Assembly (NCBI GenBank): GCA_028874075.1
Contig: JAPPLU010000087.1
Span: forward strand, 6,738-70,737
Source of the DNA: Chloroflexota bacterium
GTDB lineage: Bacteria > Chloroflexota > Dehalococcoidia > Lucifugimonadales > UBA3495
Reading direction: 5' to 3'
Length of the DNA stretch: 64,000 bases
Part shown: piece after piece, positions 55,468-64,000 of the stretch
Layout of the letters: every line of letters starts with the position of its first letter
How positions within the stretch are numbered: the stretch's first letter is position 1
Translations under genes and position numbers: made by a program
The notes under the pieces: generated by a model
The model's database searches: none
Told to the model about the DNA's origin: nothing
What the model saw: only the letters and a program-made list of their open reading frames with translations

Positions 55468-55962
55468 TCAGGACTTCCGGGCGGCCCGCACCGATTCCAG
55501 GATGCGTCCGTAGGCGTTGCAGCGGCACAGGTTACCTGAAAGGGCCTGCCGGATTTCGTCGTCCGTGGGGTTGGGATTGTCGTCCAGCAAGGCGCGGGTG
55601 GACATCACGAAGCCGGGAGTGCAGAACCCGCACTGCCCACCATCCTCTTCAAGAAAGGCCCGCTGCACCGGGTCCATTCCCTCAAGAGTGGGGGTACCGT
55701 CGCCCAGGCCCTCGATGGTAATGATCAGGCGGTTGCCTACCTGCACCGCCAGCAACTGGCAGGCGTAGACGGGCTTGCCATCCAGCAGGACAGTACAGGA
55801 ACCGCACTCGCCCCGGTCGCAGCCCTTCTTGGAACCGGTCAGGTCCAGCTGCTCCCGTATCACGTCCAGCAGCGTCCAGTGGTGGCGCACCTGGAGGGTA
55901 TGGGGCTGACCATTGACGTTGAGCGTAATGTCGGCGGTGTGGTACTGCCCGGCTGTGGTCAT
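55468..55962 (-). CDS. (2Fe-2S)-binding small subunit of the xanthine dehydrogenase/CO dehydrogenase family (CoxS-like)
   Basis: 164-aa ORF. Motifs: GCDRGECGSCTV and CGFCTPGF...LSGNLCRC. Confidence 0.9.
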   Translation of the reverse strand: MTTAGQYHTADITLNVNGQPHTLQVRHHWTLLDVIREQLDLTGSKKGCDRGECGSCTVLLDGKPVYACQLLAVQVGNRLIITIEGLGDGTPTLEGMDPVQRAFLEEDGGQCGFCTPGFVMSTRALLDDNPNPTDDEIRQALSGNLCRCNAYGRILESVRAARKS

Positions 55963-56163
55963 AAGGGACGAACTCCTGGGCGGATTAGTTGTCCGCTATC
56001 CTACATTAAGGGTTCGGCTATCTGCAAGGGAGGAATGAGGAATAGAATGCCGGAGGCGCCCTGGCTCATTGCCCTCGTTTTTTCCAGAGTTTCCCCCGTT
56101 CCATGGCAACTCAATGGGACAGTTTGGACCATGGGGCGCAGGCTCCGGTCCTTTTCCTGTTGC

Positions 56164-57195
56164 CTATCCCGCATCCAGAGTCTCCTTTAAAGCCGCTTCC
56201 AGCTCCGTGAGGGTTGCAAAGCCCTCGAAGCGATGGTCCACCAGGCCCTCTTCGTCCAGGATGTAGACCCAGGACTCGTTGAACCAGTGGGGGATAGAGG
56301 AGAAGCCCCATTCGTCCACTGCGGGGGCGAAGCTGGCCTTGGAAAGATCGCCCTGGATTTCGTCGGGCAGGTCGTAAATTTCGACGTGGACAAAATCGGC
56401 GCGGTCAACAAAGGCGGCCTTCAGTTCCTTAACCGTGTCCACCTGCGGCCCGCAGGTGGCGCTGGTGCAGAAGGCGGGAGAGGCAAACACCACTACCGCG
56501 GGACGAGGGCTTTCGATGGCCTGGGCCACCGTCAGTTGGTACAGATCTTCGTCGGCGTTGTAGTCGGTGGTCAGCTGTTCCACCCCGGGCACGTCGGCAA
56601 GGGTCTTGGTCTCGCTCAGGGGTGGGCGCTGGCCGATAGCGGGTACCGGGGACTGCTCCACGACTTCCAGATCGATGGTCGTTTCGCCGGAAACCTCTCC
56701 GTCGTCCACCACAATCTTCAACTGCCAAGGACCCGGCCTGTCGAAGTTTATTCGGGCGCTGTAGGCCCCGCGAATGCCAAAAGGCCAGCCGTGGAAGACG
56801 GCCGTAGTTTCCTGAGCCGAGCCTCCTCCCTCACCCTGATAGATGGCGGCAACTGAGGCCTCGCTGGCTTTAATGATGGCCTTCTTGCCCACCAGCAGGA
56901 AGGAAACTCGCTGCTCTCCCGGGTTCAGGATGGTGGTGGCAAGAATGGGATTGATTTCGCCATCGCCAGCCATCGGATTGACGGGCCTGCTGCCCGTAGG
57001 CGCACCGGAGGATGCAGGCCCGGGGGAAGGCGGTTCCTTCACTGCTTCCACGGCGGAAGAGGCAGGCTCAGGACCGGAGGTCGGTTCGGGCGCGGCAGCG
57101 GCGCATCCCAGCACGGCCATTGCAGCCCAGACCAGTACTACCGCCAGCCACACTCGCAATGAGGACGGAAGAAATATACGATTCAAGCTTCCCAT
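56164..57195 (-). CDS. Exported thioredoxin-fold lipoprotein with an N-terminal YtkA/FixH-like domain
   Basis: 343-aa ORF. Lipobox AVLGCAA, and a C-terminal redoxin-like region (VVVFASPAFCTSATCGPQ). Confidence 0.65.
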   Translation of the reverse strand: MGSLNRIFLPSSLRVWLAVVLVWAAMAVLGCAAAAPEPTSGPEPASSAVEAVKEPPSPGPASSGAPTGSRPVNPMAGDGEINPILATTILNPGEQRVSFLLVGKKAIIKASEASVAAIYQGEGGGSAQETTAVFHGWPFGIRGAYSARINFDRPGPWQLKIVVDDGEVSGETTIDLEVVEQSPVPAIGQRPPLSETKTLADVPGVEQLTTDYNADEDLYQLTVAQAIESPRPAVVVFASPAFCTSATCGPQVDTVKELKAAFVDRADFVHVEIYDLPDEIQGDLSKASFAPAVDEWGFSSIPHWFNESWVYILDEEGLVDHRFEGFATLTELEAALKETLDAG

Positions 57196-58668
57196 TTACG
57201 GGCCCGCCTCGTATACGCCGAAGGTAAAGGCGAACAGGCCAAAGTTATTGGAGTTCGAGCTCATTCGCAGCACCTGGCCCTGGGTGTAGCCGGGACTGTC
57301 GATGATTTCGTACAGGCGGGGTTGCTCAACCAGCAAGTAGGTCTCGCCGTCTTCGCCAAACCGGATGTCAGCGCCCGCGTTTTCTTCAGTAAGATACTCT
57401 CCGTCCAGCGTAATACGCACCTGGTAGGGCTCGCCGGAGTTGGAGGTCAACACGGCGTTGACGCTTTTGGCCGAATACTTCAGGGTCAGGTAGTCTTCGT
57501 AGTTGTTGGTGAGGCGACCGTGGCGAACGTGCTCACTTCCCACCTCCCAGGTACCGTGGAAAAAGATACGGTGGGGCTCCAGTTCCATTTCGTCGGGGGC
57601 AGCCAGCACCCCAACGGAGTCCACCGCGTGATAGTAGGCCTCCTGCACCACGTAGGGACGGTAGCCGGACATTATGTAATTTACATTGCGGTGATAGCCG
57701 GCATAGAGTTCCGGCGTAACCTCTCCGCCCAACGCTCCGAGGTAGGAGGGGTCCAGCTTCTGGTCTTCGGGCAGTTCCGCGTCGTCGGACAGGTCAGCCC
57801 CAGCTTCCCAAAGCAATTGCCGAATTTCATGCTCGGTCTCCGCGTACTTGCCCTCGCCGAAGTGGGTGTAGCGGATGACGCCGTCCTGGTCGATCAGGTA
57901 CTTGGCGGGCCAGTAACGGTTTTCGTATGCCTCCCAGGTCTCGAAGTCGTTGTCCTGGGCCACGGGCCAGGCGATGCCGTAGTCCCTGGTGGCCTGCAGC
58001 ACGTTGGTGTAATCCTTCTCGAACTCGAACTCCGGCGTATGGATGCCCAGGATTACCAGGCCGTCGTCGGCATAGCGGGAGTGCCACAGCTTCAGGTAGG
58101 GGAAGGTGCGAATGCAGTTGACGCAGGTGTAGGTCCAGAAGTCGACCAGCACCACCTTGCCCCGCAGCTGCTCCAGGGTCAGGGGGTCGCTATTGATCCA
58201 GGTCTGGATGCCGACAGGGTCTGCCGCCAGCGGCCCCTCGGCCCGTTCCCGTTCCACCGCCGCCGTCGGCTCGGGTTCCTCGGTATTCGCCACCGGGTTG
58301 GCCTCCACCACGGCCGCCAGTTCCTGGACCGTAGTTACAGGAGTGGGAACGGGTTCGGCTTCCGGGGCTGCCGTGGGTTCGGCTTCAGCCAGAGGTGGAG
58401 CAGGGTTGTCGACCGCACTGTTATCCGCTGACGGTTCCTTGTCAGGCGTGGACAGTGTCTCCGCAGCGGGTTCCGCTGGGGCCGCAGTAGGTTCGGCGAC
58501 GCTGGCAGACAGCGCGGAAGTGGGACTAACAACGGGACGGGCATTGTCCGTTTCGGTCTGCGCTCCCGGGCCACAGGCCAGGGCTAGTAATAAAAGTGCG
58601 GCAGAAACGACGATCCAAAGATTGCGCCACGAAGTCACTGCGGGCAGGGTACGATGAGAAACTGTCAC
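57196..58668 (-). CDS. DipZ-C-terminal-like thioredoxin/redoxin domain lipoprotein
   Basis: 490-aa ORF. Lipobox LALACG and a Pro/Ala/Glu linker. Motif: VVLVDFWTYTCVNCIRTFPYLKLW...GIHTPEFEFEKD...YWPAKYLID. Confidence 0.8.
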   Translation of the reverse strand: MTVSHRTLPAVTSWRNLWIVVSAALLLLALACGPGAQTETDNARPVVSPTSALSASVAEPTAAPAEPAAETLSTPDKEPSADNSAVDNPAPPLAEAEPTAAPEAEPVPTPVTTVQELAAVVEANPVANTEEPEPTAAVERERAEGPLAADPVGIQTWINSDPLTLEQLRGKVVLVDFWTYTCVNCIRTFPYLKLWHSRYADDGLVILGIHTPEFEFEKDYTNVLQATRDYGIAWPVAQDNDFETWEAYENRYWPAKYLIDQDGVIRYTHFGEGKYAETEHEIRQLLWEAGADLSDDAELPEDQKLDPSYLGALGGEVTPELYAGYHRNVNYIMSGYRPYVVQEAYYHAVDSVGVLAAPDEMELEPHRIFFHGTWEVGSEHVRHGRLTNNYEDYLTLKYSAKSVNAVLTSNSGEPYQVRITLDGEYLTEENAGADIRFGEDGETYLLVEQPRLYEIIDSPGYTQGQVLRMSSNSNNFGLFAFTFGVYEAGP

Positions 58669-59190
58669 TACAGACTCCTTCTGGAGTTATGCGTTTCGCT
58701 TTCCTTGCTGAATAACATTACGAACCGTGTCCCGCGCCGGATTTTGGCCAACTTGTGGGCCGCTGAACAGCTCCTTTGAATGATACCAGAGTCAGGAAAT
58801 CAGGGCGCGAGCGCACACAGCCGGTCCCTCCCACCAAAGGTGGACGTTCCGCTCCCTTGGGACGAAGGACCTTCGACAAGGGGACCGTTTCGGAGCAGGG
58901 ATATCGCATTTCAGGGGCGCATTGGACCGCAGAGACGCGGAGTTTCGCAGGGTTGGTCGAGGCGTTGAATTTAAGCTCTTTTGCCAAGCCCGCCAGGCCC
59001 GCCAAGGGCGGAGGTGGCCGGGCAGGGCGACATGATTCCGGGCCAGAAGGGACAGCGAAGCTTGAGGCGCCATTGTCCGCCTCCGGTTTGGCAAGGATGT
59101 CTAAAGCTTGCGCTTGTGTTAAACTCTTCTAGCGTTTCTACCGGCGCAGGATGTACATATAAATTCAATGTGAGAATATCGGAGGCGGGA

Positions 59191-60147
59191 GTGCAGGAAA
59201 CCACTTCCCTGGCCGCAGTAGGCCACCGCATTGTAGAGAACGTCGGCAAGGTCATCGTGGGCAAGACCTCGGCCGTGCAGCAGGCATTGGCCACCTTAAT
59301 TGCCCAGGGCCATATCCTGGTGGAAGACGTGCCCGGGGTGGGCAAGACCACCCTGTCCAAGGCGCTGGCCATCTCCGTGGGCTGTTCATTCCAGCGCATC
59401 CAGTTTACCCCGGACCTGCTGCCCAGCGACGTCACGGGCATTTCCGTCTATAACCAGCAGAGCGGCGATTTCAACTTCCGGCCCGGCCCAATCATGTCCC
59501 AGGTGGTTCTGGCCGACGAAATAAACCGTGCAACGCCCAAGACCCAGGCGGCGCTGCTGGAGGCCATGGAGGAATTGCAGGTTACGGTGGACGGGGTTTC
59601 CCACGTTCTGGCGCCGCCCTTCATGGTGGTAGCCACCCAGAACCCAATCGAGTATGAGGGCACTTTTCCCCTTCCCGAGGCGGAACTGGACCGGTTCCTG
59701 ATGCGCCTGAGCCTGGGATATCCGGACTTTTCCGAAGAAATGGCCATCATAGAGCGCCAGGAGTTGACCCATCCCATAGACTCGCTGGAGCCCGTGGCCA
59801 CTCCTGAGGAAGTTACTGCCCTGCAGGAGGCAGCCAAGGAAGTGTACGTAGACCGATTGGTGCGGCAGTACATTGTGTCCCTGACAGAATCCACGCGGAA
59901 TCACCGCGACATAGCGCTGGGAGCATCTCCCCGGGCTACCCTGGGCCTGTTCCGAATAACCCGGGCCATGGCCCTGGTGCAGGACCGAGACTACGTGATT
60001 CCCGACGACGTCAAGTCGCTGGCGCCGGGGGTGCTTTCCCACCGCTTGGTGCTGTCTCCCTCGGCCAGGATGCGGGGCATTCGACCCGAGGAGTTGATCA
60101 GCGACCTTTTGAACCAGATAACTGTGCCGGGCATGGCGCAAGTGTAG
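59191..60147 (+). CDS. MoxR family AAA+ ATPase
   Basis: GTG at 59191 with GGAGG 6 nt upstream. Motifs: EDVPGVGKT (Walker A), VLADEINRA (Walker B) and ATQNPIEYEGTFPLPEAELDRF. Confidence 0.93.
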   Translation: MQETTSLAAVGHRIVENVGKVIVGKTSAVQQALATLIAQGHILVEDVPGVGKTTLSKALAISVGCSFQRIQFTPDLLPSDVTGISVYNQQSGDFNFRPGPIMSQVVLADEINRATPKTQAALLEAMEELQVTVDGVSHVLAPPFMVVATQNPIEYEGTFPLPEAELDRFLMRLSLGYPDFSEEMAIIERQELTHPIDSLEPVATPEEVTALQEAAKEVYVDRLVRQYIVSLTESTRNHRDIALGASPRATLGLFRITRAMALVQDRDYVIPDDVKSLAPGVLSHRLVLSPSARMRGIRPEELISDLLNQITVPGMAQV

Positions 60148-60331
60148 GGTAGATGGGAAGGGAGGAGTAAAGAAAAACCCCGTTTAAGGATTTGGGACGG
60201 ACAAATTCCGGGCCGCTCTTGAAGCAGCCATAGCCAATATCTGGGTCCGATTATTTCCGGTTCAGCCAAGTTTTATGGTATTCTGCCTCGGTTGATTTCA
60301 AACCTGACATTCTCCAGCAGGTAACCGGACG

Positions 60332-61681
60332 TTGAGCAAGCGGACAGTCGGCATACTGATACTCCTGGCGGTGGTAACGTTCTACACCCTGGGCACCGGT
60401 TTTTCGTTCTTTTATCGTTTCCTCTATGTTATAGCCCTGGTGCTGCTTTTCGGCCTTTTCTGGGCCTGGCTGAATTTGCAGGGCCTGCAGGTGCGCCTGA
60501 CTCGTCTGTCCCATCGGGGGCAGGTGGGTGGCTACCTGGACGGGCAAATCCAGGTGTTTAACCGCTTCCGGTTCCCCAAGTCGTGGCTGGAAGTCCGGGA
60601 GGTTACAGACATCCCCGGGTATACGACGGGACGGGGCATAGCCATGGTGCGGGACCAGTCCCGAAGCTGGCGTATTGAAACCTACCTGGCCCGCCGGGGA
60701 GTCTTCAACACTGGCATAGTAGAAGTAACCAGCCAGGACCCTTTTGGTCTGTTCCGTCTCAGCCGCCGTTTCCTTGAATCGGAACAGTACGTAGTCTTTC
60801 CGCCAACGGAGCCGCTACCCGACCTCGACCCCCGTTTCGCCTTCCTGCCCAGTGACCGGCGGGTCACGCGGCGTTCCGACCACATAACGCCCGAGTCTTC
60901 CGGGGTTCGGGAGTACGTCTACGGAGACAGCTTCCGCCAAATCCACTGGCCCTACACGGCGCGGATGAACAACCTCATGGTCAAGGAATTTGACATGGGC
61001 CTGTCAGCCGAAAGCTGGGTACTGCTGGACATGCAGCGAGGTTCCCATGTGGGGGACGACCCCGTGGACAACACCGAGGAACTGTCAGTCAAGACGGCGG
61101 CGTCGCTGTTGACGCGGTTCAACGAACTCTCCATGCCCGTCGGCCTGGCTACCAACGGCGACCAGAACTGGTTGATGCGGCCCGGTTCCGGCCCCGGTCA
61201 CTTGGGCAACCTGATGGAAGCCCTGGCGGGAGTACGGGCGCAGGGCAACGTGACCCTTGAAAGGTTCCTGTACGACCTGCAGCCTCACCTCAGTCGCTTT
61301 AACTCGCTCACAGTGGTCACTCCCTCCCGCAGGACAGAGTGGATACCGGCGTTGAACAGCCTGCGCCGTGACGGCGTCAACGTGGCGGTAGTGTACGTTG
61401 AACCCACAGACTTCGGGGCCGCTGCCGAGGTCCAGTCCCCCCTGGACTTTCTTTTTTCGAATGACATATCGGTTTACCGGGTGCGCCGGGGCCAGTCGCT
61501 GAACGAGGCCTTGAGCATGACCGTTTACGACCATCCCTACCCCTTCATCGCACCGCCACCGGGAGCGGGGGCGGAGGAGAATGGCAGCTATACCGGAAAC
61601 GGCTCGTCCCCGGGTTCTACCTCCCACCAGTTTACCTATCAAGGCGCCGAAGGCTCTACGCAGCAGGGGGGATCGGCGTGA
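60332..61681 (+). CDS. DUF58 domain protein
   Basis: 449-aa ORF. Two N-terminal TM helices, then GVREYVYGDSFRQIHWPYTARMNNLMVKEFD. Confidence 0.88.
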   Translation: MSKRTVGILILLAVVTFYTLGTGFSFFYRFLYVIALVLLFGLFWAWLNLQGLQVRLTRLSHRGQVGGYLDGQIQVFNRFRFPKSWLEVREVTDIPGYTTGRGIAMVRDQSRSWRIETYLARRGVFNTGIVEVTSQDPFGLFRLSRRFLESEQYVVFPPTEPLPDLDPRFAFLPSDRRVTRRSDHITPESSGVREYVYGDSFRQIHWPYTARMNNLMVKEFDMGLSAESWVLLDMQRGSHVGDDPVDNTEELSVKTAASLLTRFNELSMPVGLATNGDQNWLMRPGSGPGHLGNLMEALAGVRAQGNVTLERFLYDLQPHLSRFNSLTVVTPSRRTEWIPALNSLRRDGVNVAVVYVEPTDFGAAAEVQSPLDFLFSNDISVYRVRRGQSLNEALSMTVYDHPYPFIAPPPGAGAEENGSYTGNGSSPGSTSHQFTYQGAEGSTQQGGSA

Positions 61682-64000
61682 ACAGCGCGACGCAGGCCGG
61701 TATTGGCCAGGGTGCGACAAGCCAGGAAGTGGCCGTTGCTAACGGAAGGGGCTTTAGCGTTGAGCCGATAGGACGAGCCGCGCTGTGGCTTTGGCGGTAT
61801 GGCCGTCCCGCCGACGGATGGGCCTCCGTGTTCCTGTTGGCCCTCAACCTGCTGGTAGTGGCTTGGTCGGTAGATAGGGGAGGCGACTGGGTACCCACGC
61901 CCAGCCTGGAATTTCTGATACTGATAGCAATGGCGACGGGACTGGCGCTGTCCCGGATACCCGTCTGGGGAGTTTTGCTGCTGCCGCTGGGCCTGGCCAT
62001 TGGCCTCTGGGTAGTTACGGCGCAACTGGTTGGCTTTGATGGTGAAGGAATTGAACTAGCCAGTGCCCCTGAACTCTACAACCGGCTCCACCTGTGGTGG
62101 GTAGCTTTCCAGACGGGTGGCATCAACATTGACCGGGTGCCCTTCGCCTTTGCCCTGATGTGCCTCACCTGGCTGGCCGGCTATCTGGCTGCCTGGGTTT
62201 TCTCCCGTTACCAAAGCTTCTGGGGCGTCTTCGCTCTGGGCGGGGCGGCGCTGCTTAGCAACCTCACCTTTTTGCCTTCAGACGCCCACGCGTATATCGT
62301 ACTGTACCTGTTCACAGCCCTACTGCTGGTGGCCCGGGTACAGGCTGTTCGCCGGCTGAGGCAATGGCGGGCGCAGGGTTTCCAGGCCGACAGCCACTTG
62401 GCAGTGCTGTCTGTTTCAGACAGCATAATCGTATCTTTCCTGGTACTTCTGGTAGCATTTCTGATAGTTCCCAGAATTGTGCCCGGCGACCGCTTCGTGC
62501 AAGAGGTGCACAATATCTACGAGGCCACCCGGTCGCCCTATTTGCAGTACCAAGAGGACTTTAACCGCCTGTTTGCAGGACTGCCAGCGCGCAAGCCGCT
62601 GCCTTACCGGATATGGGGGGACGTGATGGCCTTCCAGGGAACTATCAACCCCACGACCACGCCGGTGCTGCAGGTGGAGTCGCCGGTGGCGATGTATTGG
62701 AAGGCCCGCAGCTACGGGACCTACACCCCCAAGGGCTGGAAGTCCGAACACACGGAGGTGCAGCCCACCGACTGGACGCCAGCTCATTCGTCGCCCCAAC
62801 CATACGAAAAGCGATTCGAGGTTACCCACACCCTGACAACCAACTACCGTACCCGCAACTTGTTCGCCGGCGGGCAGGTCATCTCCTCCGACCGGGACGT
62901 GAGAATCGAGACCTACGATTCTCCGGTGTACAACATTGACCTGAGCGGGCCGCTGCAACTAGGGCAAACTTATCCAAAGGTGGAACTGGCGACCGTCAAC
63001 CTGGACCGGGCGCTGCGGGAGTCGGGCCCCACGGCCAGCCGCTCCCAGCTTGCCCAATCTCTCCCTTCCGGTTTCCACCTAGTGGACGTGGTCAGGGAAG
63101 GGGACTGGGTGCAGAATGTGGCTGTGGCGGAGATTCTGCCGGAGCAGCCGGACACGCTGTCGCTGCGTACAGCGGGCAAGGAATTCAAGCAGGGCGAGAC
63201 CTACGAGGTCATATCTTCCGTGTCCCTGGCCACGCCGGAAGACCTGCGCCTGGCCGGGCTGGACTATCCCACCTGGGCCCTCGCCAAGTACACGGCGCTG
63301 CCGCCGGAATTGCCCCAGCGAGTCCGGGAACTGGGCCGGGAGTTGACTGTCGAGGCGGAGACGCCCTACGACAAGGCCAAGGCTATTGAGGCCTACTTAA
63401 AGACCTTCCCTTACTCGCTGTCAATTGACCCGCCCCCATATGATGCCGACGGGGTGGACTATTTCCTGTTCGAGCAAAAGGCGGGCTACAGCGAATACTT
63501 TGGCTCTGCCATGACGGTGCTGCTGCGCACCCAGGGAATACCGGCGCGCATGGTTACGGGCTACACCGTAGGCAACCAGGTGCCTGAGCACGATATTTAC
63601 GTGGTAACCGACAGCCACAGCCACGGTTGGGTGGAGGTTTTCTTCCCCCGCTACGGATGGATCAGTTTCGAGCCCACGCCAGGGTATAGCGTCCCGATTG
63701 CGTCGAGACCGGCGCCGGCGGAGGCCCCGGACCTCAGCGGCTTGCCTTCGGTCGCCCTAGATATACCGCTATGCGAATTTGAAGACGAGGAAGACTGCGA
63801 GGAAGAATTCTTGATCGAAGCGCAGGCCAGTCAGGAAGGGGACCCGCTGGCTATTAGGCTGATACAGGAATATCTGCCCTGGGTGGGAGGGGTGCTGGCC
63901 TTCCTGGCCATAGTCACCGGTCTGGCCTGGTTCTTCTGGCGGCGGCACATGTCTCCATCGCGGGAACCGGAAACTGCCTTCCGCCGGCTGGCCTTCCTGG
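61678..64000 (+). CDS. Transglutaminase-like membrane protein (3' end outside the window)
   Basis: GTG at 61678 overlaps the DUF58 stop (GTGA). The frame stays open to the window edge, so it is absent from the ORF track. Multi-TM N-terminus, then a TGase core region GYSEYFGSAMTVLLRTQGIPARMVTGY...HSHGWVEVFFPRYGWISFEPTP. Confidence 0.85.
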   Translation, partial: MNSATQAGIGQGATSQEVAVANGRGFSVEPIGRAALWLWRYGRPADGWASVFLLALNLLVVAWSVDRGGDWVPTPSLEFLILIAMATGLALSRIPVWGVLLLPLGLAIGLWVVTAQLVGFDGEGIELASAPELYNRLHLWWVAFQTGGINIDRVPFAFALMCLTWLAGYLAAWVFSRYQSFWGVFALGGAALLSNLTFLPSDAHAYIVLYLFTALLLVARVQAVRRLRQWRAQGFQADSHLAVLSVSDSIIVSFLVLLVAFLIVPRIVPGDRFVQEVHNIYEATRSPYLQYQEDFNRLFAGLPARKPLPYRIWGDVMAFQGTINPTTTPVLQVESPVAMYWKARSYGTYTPKGWKSEHTEVQPTDWTPAHSSPQPYEKRFEVTHTLTTNYRTRNLFAGGQVISSDRDVRIETYDSPVYNIDLSGPLQLGQTYPKVELATVNLDRALRESGPTASRSQLAQSLPSGFHLVDVVREGDWVQNVAVAEILPEQPDTLSLRTAGKEFKQGETYEVISSVSLATPEDLRLAGLDYPTWALAKYTALPPELPQRVRELGRELTVEAETPYDKAKAIEAYLKTFPYSLSIDPPPYDADGVDYFLFEQKAGYSEYFGSAMTVLLRTQGIPARMVTGYTVGNQVPEHDIYVVTDSHSHGWVEVFFPRYGWISFEPTPGYSVPIASRPAPAEAPDLSGLPSVALDIPLCEFEDEEDCEEEFLIEAQASQEGDPLAIRLIQEYLPWVGGVLAFLAIVTGLAWFFWRRHMSPSREPETAFRRLAFL

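Noticed and set aside
55292-55513. 73-aa plus-strand ORF between the small secreted ORF and coxS
   Set aside because: It overlaps the 3' end of the CoxS-like gene, has Arg/Gly-rich composition, and shows no conserved features.

Overview
High-GC bacterial chromosomal segment, mostly housekeeping and redox metabolism. There is no rRNA, tRNA or CRISPR array. The only RNA gene is tmRNA (ssrA, 40077-40430).

Core operons:
- pyrR-pyrB-pyrC-carA-(unknown orf)-carB on the minus strand (4.5-12.9 kb).
- gltB-(Uma2 endonuclease)-gltD on the minus strand (33.0-39.7 kb).
- pyk, a Cys-type formate dehydrogenase alpha subunit, and pstCAB.
- A MoxR-DUF58-transglutaminase operon that runs off the 3' edge.
- Two exported thioredoxin-fold proteins.

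A Chloroflexota, possibly SAR202-like, origin is likely. This is inference only, resting on:
- six luciferase-like (LLM) flavin/F420 oxidoreductase paralogs in the window;
- lipoproteins with long Pro/Ala/Glu/Thr linkers;
- the tmRNA tag GEREFALAA;
- TGn-extended -10 promoters.

Main second-look items:
1. A peroxiredoxin-like gene has an in-frame TGA exactly on the first Cys of its W-C-P-Y-C motif, followed by a SECIS-like hairpin. It is a candidate selenoprotein, and the ORF track splits it.
2. A 131-aa standalone TIR-domain protein starts 7 nt after the fdhA stop.
3. A 566-bp non-coding element has perfect 12-bp terminal inverted repeats and a 10-bp target-site duplication (MITE-like). It carries a second repeat family built on 10-bp GGGCCRTTYY tandem arrays. 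Related copies lie at about 1.2, 42.8 and possibly 58.9 kb.
4. A palindromic REP-like family (TTCACAAAGAGA...TCTCTTTGTGAA) has two copies inside the pyr operon.
5. A Cas4-like Fe-S PD-(D/E)XK nuclease plus an HTH gene pair lies downstream of ssrA.
6. Two frameshifted genes, one gene remnant, and a transglutaminase whose Cys-His-Asp triad reads Ser-His-Glu.

All product calls come from motif recognition by eye. No database search was run.
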